Source: Shigella phage Sf25. From it: a stretch of DNA of 64,000 nt. The DNA lies in sequence record MF327009, one strand, 5' to 3'. A program made the translations under genes and the position numbers. Of this stretch, positions 61,331 through 64,000 are shown one piece after another. Position 1 is the stretch's first letter, and every line of letters begins with the position of its first letter. The notes under the pieces are model-generated. The model was not told the DNA's origin. It searched no databases and was given only the letters and a program-made list of their open reading frames with translations.

Positions 61331-63757
61331 TTAGGCCGCAAGGGCCTTCATAGTTTTAGCGATTTGAGAAACTTCATCATCACTTAAAGAGTTGCGATAA
61401 CCGATGAAGTCGGAAACAATACGGAATTTCTTGGTAAACTCAGCAACCATTTTATCACTGTTTTTTGAAGCATTATTTGATAATACATCAAAAAGATTAG
61501 TTACTGTCCAGATGTCATGACCGATGGTACCTTTTCCACCGTTGAAATATACGCCCCGCAATGAACTAACTATATTAGCGAGTCGTGTATATTCTTCAGA
61601 AACTTCATCTGTACTGAAGTACTTCATCATAAAATCTAGTTCAGGATACTTGATAATTTTATCAATATATCGTTGAGCTGAACTTGAATAACCTACGTAC
61701 TTATCATAATCTACATCATCAAAAGCATCTACATATAAATCACGCAGAGTTTCAAAAATACATTGGCACTGACCGAGTTCTTTTACCTTTTTCTGCAAAA
61801 GCGGACGAATAACATAAAATTCATTAATGCCAATAAGATTAGCCATACGAATCAAAATATTCATAGATGGATGACAAAGAGATGTAGTACCATCCATAGA
61901 GAAAATATCAGAACGATGCATATACGCTACATAACCAGTAATTTCATCTGCTTCTGATGTGAGCGTAAACAGTTCCTCTTTTTCCCATCGCCCATCTTTA
62001 ATTTCAAACTTAAATGCTGTAGCAGCTTTAGGACGAGGAGCTTTACTTTTAACTACCTTTGGAATATAGCTTTTAACTAAAGCTTCAATTTCTGACAAAT
62101 AATGAATGTTAACTTCATCACTTTCAAACATCGCCATAATATCAGGAAGTAAATCAATCTGCGATTCTACTTCTGGATTAATAAACAGAAGACGCTCATT
62201 GTGATGAATATTCAAAGTGTTATTAAATTCACTATCATCTAACGCATGTGCTAATCCACGAACAATATTAACACGATTTTTAATATTATCAATAACGATA
62301 TTAATTTTTGTTGTATTAATACCAAACAGACGATAACTTGATGCAACGGCTGAAGTTTCATGACTTTGCTTAATGCGTTTCAGTCGAGGGTCAAGATTTA
62401 CTTCATACACAACTCCTGCATTGCATAACTTACTGTCAGGTTCAAACATGCTCTGCATCTTTTTATATGACAGATTTTTAGTCGTGAATTTGACTGAATT
62501 ACTAATCATATAATCTCGAGCAGAATATCCCATCTTCATCAATTCACGATATGTGTGACGAGGAGATGTAGATTCTTTAAATCGTTTTACATCTTCATTG
62601 AATGCCTTCTCACTAAGCTCTTTAACACGCTCAATAATATTTTTACGAGTACGATCATCTAGTGAAAGAGCTTCGCGTGATGGAGCAATATCAAGTGAAC
62701 CCATTGGAAACTTAATGTAATTCACTTCATTGCGAATGCTTAGCCAGTTACGGTCTCTAATAACACCATCGATAGGATAAACAATACCGCCATAGATAGC
62801 ATATAATCCACCACGATCAGGCCAGTATCTTTCTGGATTTACACCATAATAATCATCAAAATCAGGAAAATAATCAATTTCAATAATATTTTTACGAGTA
62901 CGATCATCTAGTGAAAGAGCTTCGCGTGATGGAGCAATATCAAGTGAACCCATTGGAAACTTAATGTAATTCACTTCATTGCGAATGCTTAGCCAGTTAC
63001 GGTCTCTAATAACACCATCGATAGGATAAACAATACCGCCATAGATAGCATATAATCCACCACGATCAGGCCAGTATCTTTCTGGATTTACACCATAATA
63101 ATCATCAAAATCAGGAAAATAATCAATTTCGCGGTCAAGACCATTAATGATAGCCAAATCTTTGAACGGTCGCATGATATAAGAAACTTCATAAGCAAAG
63201 TTTCTAAAGTCTTTTTCTTCAACTGGAACTACGATTTCAATACCAGTTTTATCATCTGGACCCATTTCTTTTACGAATGTAGGTTTAATCTGTGGGCCAT
63301 CACCATCCATGTAAGCTACATAACCACGAATTTCACCTTTATGATACGAAGTAATACTAAACGTATCAGTATAACTAAACGGAGATTTAGAACCTAAACC
63401 AAATCCGCCAATAAAGTCATTAGATTCAGCCTTAGATGAACTGAAGTATGAATTATACAGCCCAGGAGAATTATCATCACCCTGAATATCAAAATCACTC
63501 ATACCCGGACCAAAATCTCGACAAACAAATCGTGGATCTAATCGTCCTGGAACTTGAATGATAAATTTTTCAGGATTTCCATTAAGTGCATGAGCATCAA
63601 TCATGTTAGTAATCAATTCACGGACTACTGCGCGAATCTTGTTTGTATACAAATCAGATGACAGAATTTTAAATACTTTAGGATTTGCTGCGATGCTAAA
63701 TGCTTTTGATTTAGAACCATTGCCAAGAATTGTTTCTTTTTCAGTGGTGATAATCAT
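61331..63757 (-). CDS. rIIA: rIIA protein carrying an in-frame 249-bp tandem duplication (808 aa versus 725 aa expected)
   Basis: [20 protein letters not shown]...; 83-aa block [24 protein letters not shown]...TRKNIIE repeated exactly. Confidence 0.9.
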   Translation of the reverse strand: MIITTEKETILGNGSKSKAFSIAANPKVFKILSSDLYTNKIRAVVRELITNMIDAHALNGNPEKFIIQVPGRLDPRFVCRDFGPGMSDFDIQGDDNSPGLYNSYFSSSKAESNDFIGGFGLGSKSPFSYTDTFSITSYHKGEIRGYVAYMDGDGPQIKPTFVKEMGPDDKTGIEIVVPVEEKDFRNFAYEVSYIMRPFKDLAIINGLDREIDYFPDFDDYYGVNPERYWPDRGGLYAIYGGIVYPIDGVIRDRNWLSIRNEVNYIKFPMGSLDIAPSREALSLDDRTRKNIIEIDYFPDFDDYYGVNPERYWPDRGGLYAIYGGIVYPIDGVIRDRNWLSIRNEVNYIKFPMGSLDIAPSREALSLDDRTRKNIIERVKELSEKAFNEDVKRFKESTSPRHTYRELMKMGYSARDYMISNSVKFTTKNLSYKKMQSMFEPDSKLCNAGVVYEVNLDPRLKRIKQSHETSAVASSYRLFGINTTKINIVIDNIKNRVNIVRGLAHALDDSEFNNTLNIHHNERLLFINPEVESQIDLLPDIMAMFESDEVNIHYLSEIEALVKSYIPKVVKSKAPRPKAATAFKFEIKDGRWEKEELFTLTSEADEITGYVAYMHRSDIFSMDGTTSLCHPSMNILIRMANLIGINEFYVIRPLLQKKVKELGQCQCIFETLRDLYVDAFDDVDYDKYVGYSSSAQRYIDKIIKYPELDFMMKYFSTDEVSEEYTRLANIVSSLRGVYFNGGKGTIGHDIWTVTNLFDVLSNNASKNSDKMVAEFTKKFRIVSDFIGYRNSLSDDEVSQIAKTMKALAA
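62631..63128. repeat. exact tandem duplication, 2 x 249 bp (62631-62879 and 62880-63128), in-frame within rIIA
   Basis: Identical nucleotide units. Confidence 0.9.
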
Positions 63758-63767
63758 AATTTCCTCA

Positions 63768-63971
63768 TTAATTCATATTACGCTTAATAACTTCAGCAAC
63801 TTCTAGTAGTTCATCTTTAGTTGCAGTGTCGGATTGAATTTTATCTCTAATATCTTTAAAGCGGTTTTTAAATTCTTCGGCTTCTCCCATATCGAAAAAG
63901 CGTTGAATGATTCTATATTCTCGATGAACTGCTTTATCAAAAAGTTCTAAATTTACTTTATATGATTTCAT
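63768..63971 (-). CDS. hypothetical protein (67 aa), rIIA.1-like
   Basis: ORF track; immediately upstream of rIIA. Confidence 0.45.
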   Translation of the reverse strand: MKSYKVNLELFDKAVHREYRIIQRFFDMGEAEEFKNRFKDIRDKIQSDTATKDELLEVAEVIKRNMN

Positions 63972-64000
63972 TTCAATATCCTCATTTGCCCAATTAATTA

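Overview
This window is a T4-like (Tevenvirinae) myovirus segment, colinear with the phage T4 map from rnlB through hoc, inh, uvsW, uvsY, the baseplate genes (25, 26, 51, 27, 28, 29, 48, 54), alt, DNA ligase 30, rIII, 31, cd, pseT, alc, rnlA, denA, nrdB, nrdA, td, frd, 32, 59, 33, dsbA, rnh, the long tail fibre genes 34-38, holin t, asiA, arn, motA, 52, ndd, denB, rIIB and rIIA. Gene calls rest on the ORF track plus motifs I can read and on recalled T4 protein sequences and lengths; no search was run. It is not T4 itself: td and nrdB are uninterrupted (no group I introns), nrdA and nrdB are 51 bp apart (no mobE), and genes 37/38 are T2-type (gp37 with a C-terminal self-cleaving chaperone domain, gp38 a glycine-rich adhesin). 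I found no foreign gene cassette or new defence system. The unusual signal is structural: seven tandem duplications of 66-249 bp (six exact, three of them in-frame inside rIIA, nrdA and a small basic protein) and several apparent small deletions or frameshifts that disrupt hoc, the 33/59 pair, gp37, gp38 and holin t. That load is incompatible with a viable wild-type phage, so it points to assembly error, a heavily mutated lineage, or an edited sequence. Regulatory elements (late TATAAATA boxes, early-promoter cassettes, the uvsY middle promoter, the gene 32 operator, hairpin terminators) were found by eye.
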